From an uncultured virus (IMG/VR IMGVR_UViG_3300031963_011487) (Duplodnaviria; Heunggongvirae; Uroviricota; Caudoviricetes), in IMG/VR virus record IMGVR_UViG_3300031963_011487: a stretch of 64,000 nt of DNA; one strand, written 5' to 3'. The notes beneath the pieces are model-generated. The model did no database searches. It was not told where the DNA came from and saw only the letters and a list, made by a program, of their open reading frames with translations. Position numbers and translations under genes: made by a program. This document shows positions 9,622-20,885 of the stretch, piece by piece. Each line of letters opens with the position of its first letter. Within the stretch, counting starts at the first letter, position 1.

Positions 9622-12600
9622 ATGGCACTAACTACTGCACAACAAGCATTACTACTATTTAAAAAATGGTTAGGATTAGGACAAACGACTTCTTCACGTG
9701 AGTTTTTTAATGAAACTTCGTTTCCTGGTCGTTCTGCGGTATATACGAATCAAATATGGACTCAAGCCGATCTTATACCTAGTACTGCACCTGCGTTAAG
9801 TAATGGACAAACGAGTGGCGTCGTCCAGTATTGGCAAAATGCTCCTCTTGGTGCTGTTCCTGGTACTACCAACGCATTTACGAGTTCTTTATTAATTGAT
9901 GCAATTCCATTCAACTATGGCGATGGGTCGTCTTATAATTATGTCATTCGTAATAATATTGGAGGAACTATTGCATTCGGTGAAGGTGATTGGATTGTAG
10001 ATACGGATGCAGGTCTGGTAACGTTTTATAGTACGGTCCCAGGAAACATGCCACCAAATATTTCGTTTTATAAATATGTTGGCGCAAAAGGATTTTCTTC
10101 TGGATCAGTACCTTTAACGGGATCTTTGTTTGGAACCGCAAGTTGGGCAAGTAATGTAATATCTGCGTCATTTGCAACTACTGCATCTGCTGCTACATCT
10201 ATTACGTTCATTCCAAGTACTGCATCTTTTGCGACCACCTCATCGTTTGCAGTAACGGCAAGTTATGCACTAAATTCTACGGAACTTCCACCAAATCTCG
10301 TGAGTAGTTCCACGCAAATAGATTACACGCAGATCCAAAATAAACCCACCACGATTGAAACCGCGTCCTACGTAGAATATAATAATGTCGCAAATAAACC
10401 AGCACTGGTGTCTAGTTCACAACAAATTAATACGGGATCATTTAGCGGATCATTTATTGGAACTGCATCAATAGCAGATAAGGTAACGGGCGGAACCTCC
10501 CGATATATTCCAATGTGGACGGGCTCGGGGGCAAACGAACTCACGTCCAGTATCATATATCAAACCACTAAAGGTGTTTTTATTGGATATGATACTGCGC
10601 CGCATTTTCATTCCGCAGTAGGTGAAACTCTTGCCGTTCACTCGGGCGAGACGGGTGTTAAAAATGTTATCTATGCTCACGGTTCATCTGATGATTCGTA
10701 TCGTGTAAATATTCGGAATATTAGTAGTGGAGTATCTGCGTCCACCAACTTCATTGCTACTGCTGACGCAGGTACTGATGACGGTGGATATATTCGCATG
10801 GGTATCAATTCTAGCACATATTCGCGAACTGACGAAATTGGTGACCCATTAGACGCATATCTATTCACCACAGGAAGTGACTTACTAATTGGAAATCTAT
10901 CTCCAGACAAACGTATTATTTTATTCACGGGTCCTGGAGATGCCGATAATAATGCTCGGGTGTTTATTGACCCGTCTGGTAGTGTGGGAATCAATACATC
11001 AGAAGTGATAGCAGGTGCTCCAGATGCACTACGTGTAAAAGCAGTACCATCTGTTGCAACCTTTAACGTTATTACGGCACTTGGTCTAACAGACGATTAC
11101 GCACAAATTAATATGAAAAATACGGGGACCGGTAACTCCGTATCCAGTGACATCGTAGCAACTGCCAATAATGGTGACGAAAATACGAACTTCGTCAACA
11201 TGGGAATTAATGGTGAAACGTATACTGGAACCATTGGTGGACCGAATGACTCGTATGTGTATTCTACGGGTGGGCATTTACATTTAGGTGCAATTGACCC
11301 TGGCGAAGAAATCATGTTGTTCGTTGGTGGCGAAGATGTGATGATGACCACCAAATTAACATTACGAGATAACAATCAACACGAACTATCCGGTTCATTA
11401 AATGTCACTGGTAGTTTAAATGTACTACAAAATGTGGTAAATAATTTAACGGCTTCATTTGCAATCACGGCAAGTTATGTTGAAGGAGCGGCAAGTGATT
11501 GGAGTACATTAGCAAATAAACCAGACGGAATAGTTTCTAGTTCTACACAAGTTCAAAATTACAATATATTTACTACTACCGGATCCAATGCATTTAAAGC
11601 ATCACAAACTATTACGGGTAGTTTAATTGTCACCGACACGATTACCGCGCAACAATTTAATATTGAATTTATATCATCATCGGTAATATATGAAAGTGGC
11701 TCTACAAAGTTTGGTGATAGTACAGATGACACACATCAATTTACGGGATCACTAAGTGTTCTAGGTACAATTAGTGGAAGTTTGGTATTACCTATAGGAA
11801 CCGTTAGTAGTTCGGCACAAGTAGATTATAATGGAATACAAAACAAACCCACAACAATTGCAACTGCCTCTTATGTAGAATACAATAATGTTGTAAACAA
11901 ACCGACGTTAATCTCCAGTTCTCTACAAATCAATACGGGATCGTTTAGTGGTTCTATAACGACTGCATCGTTTGCTACTACTGCGAGTTTTTCACAAACA
12001 TCTTCGTTTACTGTAAGTTCGTCATTTGCAACCACGGCTTCGGCAGCAACTAGTATTACGTTTACACCGTCAACCGCATCGTTTGCACAAAACGCACAAT
12101 TATTAAACAATACATCATCGGCAGTATTTGCCACAACGGGATCCAACTCCTTTAATGGAACCCAGACAATTACTGGATCATTACTACTAACTACCGACAT
12201 CGTAGTCTTTAGTGGATCGTTTACTACGTCAGGATCATTTGCAATATCGGGTAGTTTGGGTGTCACGAATGGAATCACGGGGTCATTATTTGGAACGAGT
12301 AGCTGGGCAAATAATGTAATATCTAGTTCGTTTGCGACAACAGCCTCTGCAGCTACGTCCATTACCTTTACACCGGCTTCAGCATCATTCAGTACGACGG
12401 CATCATTTGCAACAAGAGCAAATAGTTTAAATGGTGGTACCGTAAACTACGTTCCACTCTGGAGTAGTGCAACCGCACAAAGTTCCAGTAATCTATTTCA
12501 AGCTGGAAGTAATATTGGTATTGGTACAACAGTACCGCTTAGTCATTTACATGTATTATCTACGGCATCACGTGCATTTAGAATTGAACGGGGAACTAAT

Positions 12601-13053
12601 AATGTTGGTATAGAAGTTTCTCCTGGCACTTCAACTGGTTGGGGATTTTTTGATTATAATAGAGTTGCCTATGATATATGGATGCAAGCAGGTAATGTTG
12701 GTATTGGAACAACAACAACGATTAATGCAACTCTTCAAGTCCAAGGTAACGTATCAGCATCATCTTATACAAGTTCACTAGATAATGCAGTAGGATTTTT
12801 TGGAACTAGTAGTTGGGCAGTAAGAACAACAACTGCCTCATTTGCCACTACCGCTTCTGCTGCCACGTCTATCACGTTTACTCCAACTAGTGCATCATTC
12901 GCTACCACTGCATCTGCGGCAACTAGTATTACGTTTACGCCAACTACAGCATCTTTCGCAACAACAGCGTCAGCGGCAACCTCCATCACCTTTACTCCCG
13001 CAACATCATCCTATGCATTAAGTGCCAGTTTCATTGACGGAGGATTCTACTAA
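9622..13053 (+). CDS. large modular tail fibre-like protein
   Basis: 1143 aa. GNVGIGT fibre motifs, SFATTASAATSITFxP repeats, NKP modules, C-terminal IDGGFY. Confidence 0.7.
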   Translation: MALTTAQQALLLFKKWLGLGQTTSSREFFNETSFPGRSAVYTNQIWTQADLIPSTAPALSNGQTSGVVQYWQNAPLGAVPGTTNAFTSSLLIDAIPFNYGDGSSYNYVIRNNIGGTIAFGEGDWIVDTDAGLVTFYSTVPGNMPPNISFYKYVGAKGFSSGSVPLTGSLFGTASWASNVISASFATTASAATSITFIPSTASFATTSSFAVTASYALNSTELPPNLVSSSTQIDYTQIQNKPTTIETASYVEYNNVANKPALVSSSQQINTGSFSGSFIGTASIADKVTGGTSRYIPMWTGSGANELTSSIIYQTTKGVFIGYDTAPHFHSAVGETLAVHSGETGVKNVIYAHGSSDDSYRVNIRNISSGVSASTNFIATADAGTDDGGYIRMGINSSTYSRTDEIGDPLDAYLFTTGSDLLIGNLSPDKRIILFTGPGDADNNARVFIDPSGSVGINTSEVIAGAPDALRVKAVPSVATFNVITALGLTDDYAQINMKNTGTGNSVSSDIVATANNGDENTNFVNMGINGETYTGTIGGPNDSYVYSTGGHLHLGAIDPGEEIMLFVGGEDVMMTTKLTLRDNNQHELSGSLNVTGSLNVLQNVVNNLTASFAITASYVEGAASDWSTLANKPDGIVSSSTQVQNYNIFTTTGSNAFKASQTITGSLIVTDTITAQQFNIEFISSSVIYESGSTKFGDSTDDTHQFTGSLSVLGTISGSLVLPIGTVSSSAQVDYNGIQNKPTTIATASYVEYNNVVNKPTLISSSLQINTGSFSGSITTASFATTASFSQTSSFTVSSSFATTASAATSITFTPSTASFAQNAQLLNNTSSAVFATTGSNSFNGTQTITGSLLLTTDIVVFSGSFTTSGSFAISGSLGVTNGITGSLFGTSSWANNVISSSFATTASAATSITFTPASASFSTTASFATRANSLNGGTVNYVPLWSSATAQSSSNLFQAGSNIGIGTTVPLSHLHVLSTASRAFRIERGTNNVGIEVSPGTSTGWGFFDYNRVAYDIWMQAGNVGIGTTTTINATLQVQGNVSASSYTSSLDNAVGFFGTSSWAVRTTTASFATTASAATSITFTPTSASFATTASAATSITFTPTTASFATTASAATSITFTPATSSYALSASFIDGGFY

Positions 13054-13857
13054 TGCCGTGGTCATTTACGAGTAGTGGAAATCCTGGCGGATTTTCTGGG
13101 GCATCATCGGGTAATCCTGGGGGTATGGTTGCTGTTCCACAAATAACTACGGCGGGATTGGTTATTAATTTAGACGCAGGAAATAGAGCATCATACCCCG
13201 GTAGTGGAACTACATGGACAGACCTGACAGGAAATTCAAGAAATGCAACATTAATCAACGGACCAACGTTTAACAGTGCAAACGGTGGAAGTATACTGTT
13301 TACATCAGCAAGTTCACATTATGCGGATATAGCAAATACTGCCAATTCTACATTTGATTTTGCAAATACAACATTTACGGTGGATGTGTGGTTTAATTTC
13401 ACATCGTTGACTTTTAATAGAATGCTTGTTACTAAAGCATTAGACGTTGGGGGTTGGGCGGTGTATGGAGGTCTTAATGGACAAATATTCGTGGGGGCAA
13501 AAAATGGAACTACGGGAGGATATCCATTAAATTGGTTTTCTGGAAATTCTTTATTGAATAGTAACACGTGGTATAACTTAACGTCAATTATTACTACAAA
13601 TACCACAACGGTAGCATCAAATACTGCAAAAGTATATTTAAATGGTGTGGAAATACCTGGAACCAACTCACCTACCACGGCTGAAGCATATGGAGGAGAA
13701 CCAGCAGTTCCTATAAAAATTGGAAGACGATCACCTGCGGCATCACCGTTTTATATGGATGGAAGAATTGCGGCAGTAAAAATATATAATCGTGGTTTAA
13801 CGGCAGGTGAAGTTTTTAAAAATTATATTTCGTTACGTGACCGTTTTGGAATATAAC
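13053..13857 (+). CDS. LamG / concanavalin A-like lectin domain virion protein
   Basis: GLVINLDAGNRASYPGSGTTWTDL...FTVDVW...KVYLNG...GRIAAVKIYNRGLT is the typical phage LamG signature. Confidence 0.85.
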
Positions 13858-13871
13858 CAATCATCACAAAA

Positions 13872-13879
13872 TAGTTATA
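13872..13879 (+). promoter_or_regulatory. putative late promoter variant TAGTTATA
   Basis: 34 nt upstream of ATG 13906, the same spacing as the TATTTATA sites. Confidence 0.45.
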
Positions 13880-13905
13880 TACAGTTCATATCAAGAGAGT
13901 AATAG

Positions 13906-16722
13906 ATGCCAGATACGATACTACACAAACGTAATTTAACACCAGGAGTTGCCCCCACGACAGAATCCTTGTCGGTGGGAGAACTTGCTATTAACGTTGC
14001 GGATCGGAAACTCTATACGAGAAGTGGATCCGCAATTGTAATATTAAATGACAATACCGGATCGTTTACGGGATCGTTTACTGGAGAATTGATTGGAACT
14101 GCGTCCTTTGCGACAACTGCTTCCTATGCACCAACCATTTTACCGAATGGATTGTTTAGTAGTTCATTACAAGTAGATTATACTGATATACAAAATAAAC
14201 CTACCACGATTGAAACTGCTTCATACGTACAATTTAGCAATATAGCAAACAAACCAACACTGATTTCCAGTTCTACACAATTTACTAATATCACCGAACC
14301 ATTTACGGGATCGTTCACAGGATCGTTTACGGGTGAGTTTATTGGAACTGCTTCGTTTACTACATCGGCCTCATATGCACCGACAATATTACCAAGTGGT
14401 GTAATCAGTAGTTCCGCACAAGTAACTGCAAGTATTAATGGTGCAATTATCACTCCCGCAGAAGTATCTGGTAGTGATATTCATGCACAAACATTAATGG
14501 CTCATCGTTGGTTGGAATTATATCCCACTGACATTGCAATCAGTCCCGATCCTGATTCCGCATATTTCTATATCAGTGGATCTAGTAACGATCTCTGGTA
14601 TACCCATAAAACCGATTCCACGGTCAACTTTGATTGGATTGAAGGCGTATTGGAAACGGGATTAATACATGGTGGAATCAATGGATTTAATGGTAGTGAA
14701 GTTCATATTCGGTCAGGCTCGGGTATTATTGTCAACCACGGAGCAAATACTGGATCTGCCTCTTCACCAACCGTTACATATGTAAACTGGCCGGTAATCA
14801 CGGGTAGTATTGATGTCACTCAAGGATTTGTTACCTATCTTGCTATTAACGCAAATGGAATTCTGGAAAGTTCCTCTACGAAATTTACCTCACTGGACTA
14901 TCATGACAAGATTCCATTAGGTGCCGTTGGACATTTCAATCAACAAGCCATTGCGGCAAAAGGTGAACAAGTCAATACCCAATATAGTCAAACAGCCCAA
15001 CTCACCGACTTTGCACGTAACTTCGGTCCAATCAAAGTGGGTGGTTATGGGATCACGGCACAATCGGGATCGTTGAAGTTTACTCGTGCAGCAGGTAACG
15101 CATTTATTTACGGGGGATTCTACAGTCAAAATCCCGAAACCCCGTCAGATTATCAATCTCCCTCCGTTAGTACAGGAAGTCTTGCTTACATCTATCGGTC
15201 GGGATCTGCATATACGGTAGATGCAAATAATAACAATTTCTATACTGATTTGAAGCCAGGTTGGTATGATAATGGTGGACTTACGACTGCCTCACTTGCG
15301 TCCAACGAATGGAGTATTCAACGGGTCTTCATAGAACCGGTGACGGGTATTCACTACATTTATTTCGGACAAGCAAAGTATACGTCACTTGCAAATGCAG
15401 TTTCCAATATTTTAACGGATCCATTTGCAGAAGGTCCAGCCACTACACTCTTTACCGTGTTTGTTGGCTATCTGGTGATGAAGGGCGACACCACGAATTT
15501 GGCAGATACGGGAAGTAATGATATTATTAGTGCGGGATTATTCCGTAATACGTCAGCGGGTAGTGTGGGCGGAGGAGCGGCAGCACAATTGTTGAATGAT
15601 TTGAGTGATGTGACGGTTACGTCACCATCTAACGGACAAGCACTCATTTATAGTTCGGGAAATTGGATTAATGGAACACCAGCAAACGCAACGTCTGCTT
15701 CGTATGCAACGTCAGGATCCTATACGGTTACTGCGTCCTTTGCAACCTCTGCGTCTTATGCACCGACGATCCTTCCTGACGGAATCTTCAGTAGTTCCTT
15801 ACAAGTTGACTATACACAAATCCAAAACAAACCGACAACGATAGAAACTGCATCCTACGTAGAATATGTAAATGTTGCGAACAAACCCGCATTAATATCC
15901 AGTTCAGCACAAATTAATGAGTTAACTGGTGTCTCAGCGTCTTTTGCAACCACTTCATCGGCAGCAACGTCTATTACGTTTATACCAACATCGGCGTCAT
16001 TTGCAACAACTTCAAGTGCGGCCACGAGTATAACATTTACACCAGCAACGGCGTCCTTTAGTACGACAAGTTCTTTTGCTACAACTGCAAGTGCTGCTAC
16101 ATCTATCACGTTTACACCAAGTACCGCATCATTTGCTACATCTGCCTCATACGCACCCACAATCCTTCCTAGCGGAATCTTTAGTAGTTCCTTACAAGTA
16201 GATTATACGCAGATTCAAAATAAGCCTACGACGATAGAAACTGCGTCTTACGTAGAATATAATAATGTCGCTAATAAACCGGCGTTGGTATCAAGTTCGG
16301 GACAAATCTCATATACGGGAATTACCAACGTTCCTTCGGGAATACTATCCAGTTCAACGCAAATTAATGAGTTAACTGGTGTCTCGGCGTCTTTTGCAAC
16401 CACGTCATCGTTTGCAACATCTGCGTCATTTGCTACTACCGCATCATTCGCAACTTCCGCAAGTTTCGCACCCTACGCGGGATTACGAACCAAAGCAGGA
16501 AGTGTTGCAAATACCTCGTTTGCTGGTAATCCAAGAAAAGCTACAGTCAATTTTGCAACCGCTTTCCCCAACACATCGTACGCAGTCACAGTGACGGGTG
16601 AAGATGCACGAAGTTGGACGATTGAAAGTAAGGCAGCAGGAAGTTTCGTAATCAACGCTAATAGTAATACGAACTTGACAGGAACGACCTATTGGACCGC
16701 GATGACATACGGGGAGACATAA
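13906..16722 (+). CDS. tail fibre protein
   Basis: N-terminal KR...P...GELAINVADRKLY resembles T4 long tail fibre N-termini. LNDLSDV...GQALIY fibre motif. Small C-terminal beta domain (VNFATAFPN...YWTAM). Confidence 0.75.
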   Translation: MPDTILHKRNLTPGVAPTTESLSVGELAINVADRKLYTRSGSAIVILNDNTGSFTGSFTGELIGTASFATTASYAPTILPNGLFSSSLQVDYTDIQNKPTTIETASYVQFSNIANKPTLISSSTQFTNITEPFTGSFTGSFTGEFIGTASFTTSASYAPTILPSGVISSSAQVTASINGAIITPAEVSGSDIHAQTLMAHRWLELYPTDIAISPDPDSAYFYISGSSNDLWYTHKTDSTVNFDWIEGVLETGLIHGGINGFNGSEVHIRSGSGIIVNHGANTGSASSPTVTYVNWPVITGSIDVTQGFVTYLAINANGILESSSTKFTSLDYHDKIPLGAVGHFNQQAIAAKGEQVNTQYSQTAQLTDFARNFGPIKVGGYGITAQSGSLKFTRAAGNAFIYGGFYSQNPETPSDYQSPSVSTGSLAYIYRSGSAYTVDANNNNFYTDLKPGWYDNGGLTTASLASNEWSIQRVFIEPVTGIHYIYFGQAKYTSLANAVSNILTDPFAEGPATTLFTVFVGYLVMKGDTTNLADTGSNDIISAGLFRNTSAGSVGGGAAAQLLNDLSDVTVTSPSNGQALIYSSGNWINGTPANATSASYATSGSYTVTASFATSASYAPTILPDGIFSSSLQVDYTQIQNKPTTIETASYVEYVNVANKPALISSSAQINELTGVSASFATTSSAATSITFIPTSASFATTSSAATSITFTPATASFSTTSSFATTASAATSITFTPSTASFATSASYAPTILPSGIFSSSLQVDYTQIQNKPTTIETASYVEYNNVANKPALVSSSGQISYTGITNVPSGILSSSTQINELTGVSASFATTSSFATSASFATTASFATSASFAPYAGLRTKAGSVANTSFAGNPRKATVNFATAFPNTSYAVTVTGEDARSWTIESKAAGSFVINANSNTNLTGTTYWTAMTYGET

Positions 16723-16725
16723 GAT

Positions 16726-17490
16726 ATGGCAGTCAGGTTTTTACAAGGGGTGAAATTTTCAGGTGGAACAATACGATTTGCTGATCCCGTAGTAGTTCCC
16801 GAAGTTCCATTTACGGTGCAAACATTTACTACGACCGGTGCAGGAAATTGGACCAAGCCGGTAGGAATCACGGAAGTGGTGGTGGAATGTTGGGGTGGTG
16901 GTGGTGCAGGTGGTGGATGTACGGTTAATAACGCAGGTGGCGGCGGTGGTGGAGGAGGAGGATACGCCAAAAAAACTATTTTTTATTCATCACCATCACA
17001 AAATATATCGTATTCAATCGGTACTGGCGGAACGGCAAGCACTGGTGATGGAACTGACGGTGGTGATACTACCTGGAATACTACGGACGTAATTGGTAGA
17101 GGTGGACAAGGGGGAATATCTGCGGCTAACGGAGGAACCTCTGGTCGGGGTGGCGGCGATATTGACTTTAGTAGACCTGCCAACGTAGGTGACACAACGT
17201 ATCGTGGTGGTAGAGCTCGTCCTGGTGCAGGTGGAATAGGATCTAATTTAAACGGGGCCGGTGGTGGCGGCGCAGGATCAACTGGCGATGGTGGTGATGC
17301 TGGTGTTGAGGGTGGATTAGGAACCACGGAAAATGGTGGAAACGGTGCAAACGGACATGGGGCAGTAAGCTTTACAGGGCTACCTGGTTCTGTATATGGC
17401 GGCGGTGGAAGTGGAGCATTTAAAACAGGTGGAGGAAATCGTTCTGGTGGCGTTGGAGCACAAGGACTAATTCGTATCAGTTATCGTTAA
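16726..17490 (+). CDS. glycine-rich virion protein (adhesin-like)
   Basis: WTKPVGITEVVVECWGGGGAGG...GAQGLIRISY is the phage glycine-rich domain pattern. Confidence 0.75.
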   Translation: MAVRFLQGVKFSGGTIRFADPVVVPEVPFTVQTFTTTGAGNWTKPVGITEVVVECWGGGGAGGGCTVNNAGGGGGGGGGYAKKTIFYSSPSQNISYSIGTGGTASTGDGTDGGDTTWNTTDVIGRGGQGGISAANGGTSGRGGGDIDFSRPANVGDTTYRGGRARPGAGGIGSNLNGAGGGGAGSTGDGGDAGVEGGLGTTENGGNGANGHGAVSFTGLPGSVYGGGGSGAFKTGGGNRSGGVGAQGLIRISYR

Positions 17491-17507
17491 ATGGAGAATA
17501 TAGATCC

Positions 17508-18701
17508 ATGAATATGATGGTTATTAAACCAGAGGGAACTAACTCAATTATTATTACTAATAAATTACGAAGTAATATATTAGGTGCATTCAACAACACC
17601 GTGCAAGTAGTTGTAATAGATTCCAACGGAAAAATATATGTTGGTGGATTTTTTACTTCGTACCAAGGCGTTACAGCAAATTATATTATTAGACTCAACG
17701 CAGACGGAACCAAAGACACAGCGTTTGATAACTCAACAGGGTTTAATGGAGGAGTTTATTCTATTGAGATTGACTCCAACGGAAAAATATATGTTGGTGG
17801 AAGTTTTACTAGTTATAAAGGCGTTGCAGCAAACGGTATTATCCGACTCAACGCAGATGGAACCAAAGACACAGCGTTTGATAATTCAACAGGGTTTACT
17901 ATTCCAGCAGATACTGCGTCGGTTTATATCACAAAAATTGATTCCAACGGAAAAATATATGTTGGTGGATTTTTTACTTCATACAAAGGAGTTCAAGCAA
18001 ATTATATTATTAGACTCAACGCAGACGGAACCAAAGACACAGCGTTTGATAACTCAACTGGGTTTGACGCGGAAGTAAATTCTATTGAGATTGACTCCAA
18101 CGGAAAAATATATGTTGGTGGAAATTTTATTTTATATAAAGGAGTGGAAGCAAATAGTATAATTCGTCTGAATCCGAATGGAACCAAAGATACGGGGTTT
18201 GATAATTCAACAGGGTTTGATGGTTCCGTTTTAAGATTAATTTTAAATTCTAGTGGAAAGCTGTATGTTGGTGGAATTTTTGAATTATATAAAGGAGTTC
18301 AAGCAAATAGTATCATCAGACTCAATGCAGATGGAACCAAAGACACAGCGTTTGATAACTCAACGGCGTTTGGAAATTTAGAACTTGTATATTCTTTGAT
18401 TCTTGATACTAATGAAAAACTATATGTTGGTGGTAGTTTTACTACGTATAAAGGAGTTACGGCAAATAATATTATCAGATTAAATGCCGATGGAACGAAA
18501 GATACCAATTTTGATAATTCTATAGCGTTTGATAGTAGTGTTACATCTCTCGCGATTGACTCAAGCGGAAAATTATACGTCGGTGGAACTTTCAGCTCAT
18601 ATAAATCAATCACCGCTGAAAAAATAATTCGGTTAAATGCGGATGGTAGTATAGACGCAACATCAATTCAATTACAAAATACTCAAATTGTTACTACTTA
18701 A
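17508..18701 (+). CDS. 7-repeat beta-propeller protein (delta-60 / DUF5122-like repeats)
   Basis: Seven ~51-aa repeats of the form IDSNGKIYVGGxFxxYKGVxANxIIRLNADGTKDTAFDNSTGF. Confidence 0.85.
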   Translation: MNMMVIKPEGTNSIIITNKLRSNILGAFNNTVQVVVIDSNGKIYVGGFFTSYQGVTANYIIRLNADGTKDTAFDNSTGFNGGVYSIEIDSNGKIYVGGSFTSYKGVAANGIIRLNADGTKDTAFDNSTGFTIPADTASVYITKIDSNGKIYVGGFFTSYKGVQANYIIRLNADGTKDTAFDNSTGFDAEVNSIEIDSNGKIYVGGNFILYKGVEANSIIRLNPNGTKDTGFDNSTGFDGSVLRLILNSSGKLYVGGIFELYKGVQANSIIRLNADGTKDTAFDNSTAFGNLELVYSLILDTNEKLYVGGSFTTYKGVTANNIIRLNADGTKDTNFDNSIAFDSSVTSLAIDSSGKLYVGGTFSSYKSITAEKIIRLNADGSIDATSIQLQNTQIVTT

Positions 18702-18747
18702 TATTATTTATGAAATGGTTTTTACACCACAACCTATTTTTAGACTC

Positions 18748-18755
18748 TATTTATA
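18748..18755 (+). promoter_or_regulatory. putative late promoter TATTTATA
   Basis: 38 nt upstream of ATG 18786. Confidence 0.55.
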
Positions 18756-18785
18756 GATTGACGGAAACTTGAAGAGAATAACATT

Positions 18786-20873
18786 ATGCCATTTTTTTAT
18801 ACCGATTCTGGAAGTTTTAACAATTTAGAAGTCACCGGCAGTACGATTCTTTCCGGCTCGTTGATTGTATCGGGTGCGACCAATTTCGGTCCTTCGGGAT
18901 TGACAGGATCGTTGTTTGGAACTGCCAGTTATGCAGATAGTGCGTCCTATGCGTTAACCGCCTCGTATGCAACAAATGCTGTGTCTACTCCCGCATTCCC
19001 ATTCAGTGGATCAGCAGTTATTACGGGATCGTTGTTGGTGAGTGGGAGCGGAATAAATGTTACAGCATCTTCTTTTACGTTAGAAAATCAAGGTAATAAA
19101 TTAACAATAGAAAAGACTCCTGGTGGTGCTTTCGGATCAAGTATTACTACTAACGATGTCTTTTACGTTGGCACTGGTGATTATTTTATATTAGGTGAAA
19201 CTCCCTATGTTGGCGCAGAAGATTTAACTGGATTTTGGGCTAATGATATTAGATCAACAATTAACGTGTATGGGGGGTCCGTAGGCATTGGAATACAATC
19301 AAGCCAAACTAACCGATTGGCAGTTAGTGGTAGTGTGTTAGCATCCTCCTACACCAGTTCCCTCAATAACCAAGTCGGATTCTTTGGTACTTCAAGTTTT
19401 GCCGTTTCTTCGTCACGAGCAATATCGGCAAGTTTCGCACAAACCGCAATATCCGCATCTTATTTTTCTGGAAGTGTATCGTTCCCCGATGGATTGACGG
19501 TGGGACAGTTAACGGCGTCAAACGCTCAGTTAACGAATATTGCAGTAACCCAATTAACTGCATCAAACGCTCAGTTAACGAATATTGTGGATACGACAGC
19601 AACAAATAAAATTTTGGTCTTGAACACGGCAACTAACCAAATTCATACTACTTCATCGGTGGGAACCGGTGGTGGAAGTGGAGCAGGGTTCCCCTTTAAC
19701 GGGTCAGCGGTTATCACCGGTTCGCTACTTGTATCAGGATCATCTAACGTATTACGAGCAATTGGAAGCGGATCTACAGTATTTTCTGTGTCAGGAAGTT
19801 TGGGTGCACTCTTTGAAGTGATTGACAGTGCTTCTGGTGAACTCTTTACCATTTCGTCGGCAAGTATAGACATTTTTAAAATAGATAATAAAAAAAATAT
19901 ACATGTATCAGGAGCATTAAACGTCAACGGACCAACAACACTTTCAGGATCGTTGATTGTTTCTAGTTCCAATAATAGTCCAGTAACAATTAGTGGTAGT
20001 GTGAATGATTTCTTTGAATTAGAAGTTGTCAATGCGTCTGCGGGAAACAATGCAAGTGCTGATGTGGTAGTTTCATCAAATAATACCACGGATTTTGGAA
20101 ACTATGCGTCATTTGGTATTAATAGTACTACGTTTAATGGTCCGTTGGTCGGTGGGGCAAGTGATGCGTATTTGTATGTAACCTCCAGTGTCGGTGAATT
20201 GGATATCGGTCATGCGCATCCTGGCGCAAATAGTAATATCCGATTATTTACCAATGGACCAAACAGTACCGCAAACACACGGGTATTTATTAGTGCCAGT
20301 GGAAATGTAGGAATTGGAACAGCAACGCCAAACGAACGGTTGGTTGTTGCAGGGAATCAAGTAATTTCAGGGTCATTGACCGTATCTGGATCACGAGCAA
20401 TAACTGCCACAGGATCACTCACTCTGTTATCAAGTTCCTTAACAATAAACACTGGTTCAATTTCCATAAACACCGGGTCATTAACTGTTGATCAATTGCC
20501 TGGACAGACTTCAGGAATAACCCTCCGTGTTACTGGATCTAATCAAGTTTTATATATTGGAAACGATGGTCAGGGGTCATCGTTCTTGAAAACTAATAAT
20601 ACACAACTCCGATTTGGGGGGTTGGGATTTAACGGATTTGCGTGGGACGGATTATCACTGTATCCTGAAACAACTGATGAAGAAAATTTAGGAAGTACAA
20701 GTAATAGATGGAACCGATTAATAGTGAACCAAGTAACTGCATCCATCGTTTCCGCATCGGCTGGTATTACGGGTTCTCTCGCACAATTTAATCCCGTCTC
20801 ACTAAAACTTACCGTAGGAACTACCGCACCAGGCAGTCCCGCAGTCAATGACTTATGGGTAGACACGAACTAA
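18786..20873 (+). CDS. tail fibre-like protein
   Basis: FPFxGSAVITGSLLVSGS occurs twice; GNVGIGT; LGSTSNRW; C-terminal TTAPGSPAVNDLWVDT. Confidence 0.7.
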   Translation: MPFFYTDSGSFNNLEVTGSTILSGSLIVSGATNFGPSGLTGSLFGTASYADSASYALTASYATNAVSTPAFPFSGSAVITGSLLVSGSGINVTASSFTLENQGNKLTIEKTPGGAFGSSITTNDVFYVGTGDYFILGETPYVGAEDLTGFWANDIRSTINVYGGSVGIGIQSSQTNRLAVSGSVLASSYTSSLNNQVGFFGTSSFAVSSSRAISASFAQTAISASYFSGSVSFPDGLTVGQLTASNAQLTNIAVTQLTASNAQLTNIVDTTATNKILVLNTATNQIHTTSSVGTGGGSGAGFPFNGSAVITGSLLVSGSSNVLRAIGSGSTVFSVSGSLGALFEVIDSASGELFTISSASIDIFKIDNKKNIHVSGALNVNGPTTLSGSLIVSSSNNSPVTISGSVNDFFELEVVNASAGNNASADVVVSSNNTTDFGNYASFGINSTTFNGPLVGGASDAYLYVTSSVGELDIGHAHPGANSNIRLFTNGPNSTANTRVFISASGNVGIGTATPNERLVVAGNQVISGSLTVSGSRAITATGSLTLLSSSLTINTGSISINTGSLTVDQLPGQTSGITLRVTGSNQVLYIGNDGQGSSFLKTNNTQLRFGGLGFNGFAWDGLSLYPETTDEENLGSTSNRWNRLIVNQVTASIVSASAGITGSLAQFNPVSLKLTVGTTAPGSPAVNDLWVDTN

Positions 20874-20885
20874 AAGGAATAAATT

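Noticed and set aside
17508..18701. Diversity-generating retroelement (template/variable repeat pair)
   Set aside because: No reverse transcriptase in the window. The repeats are in-frame propeller blades, and their differences include indels and non-adenine changes.
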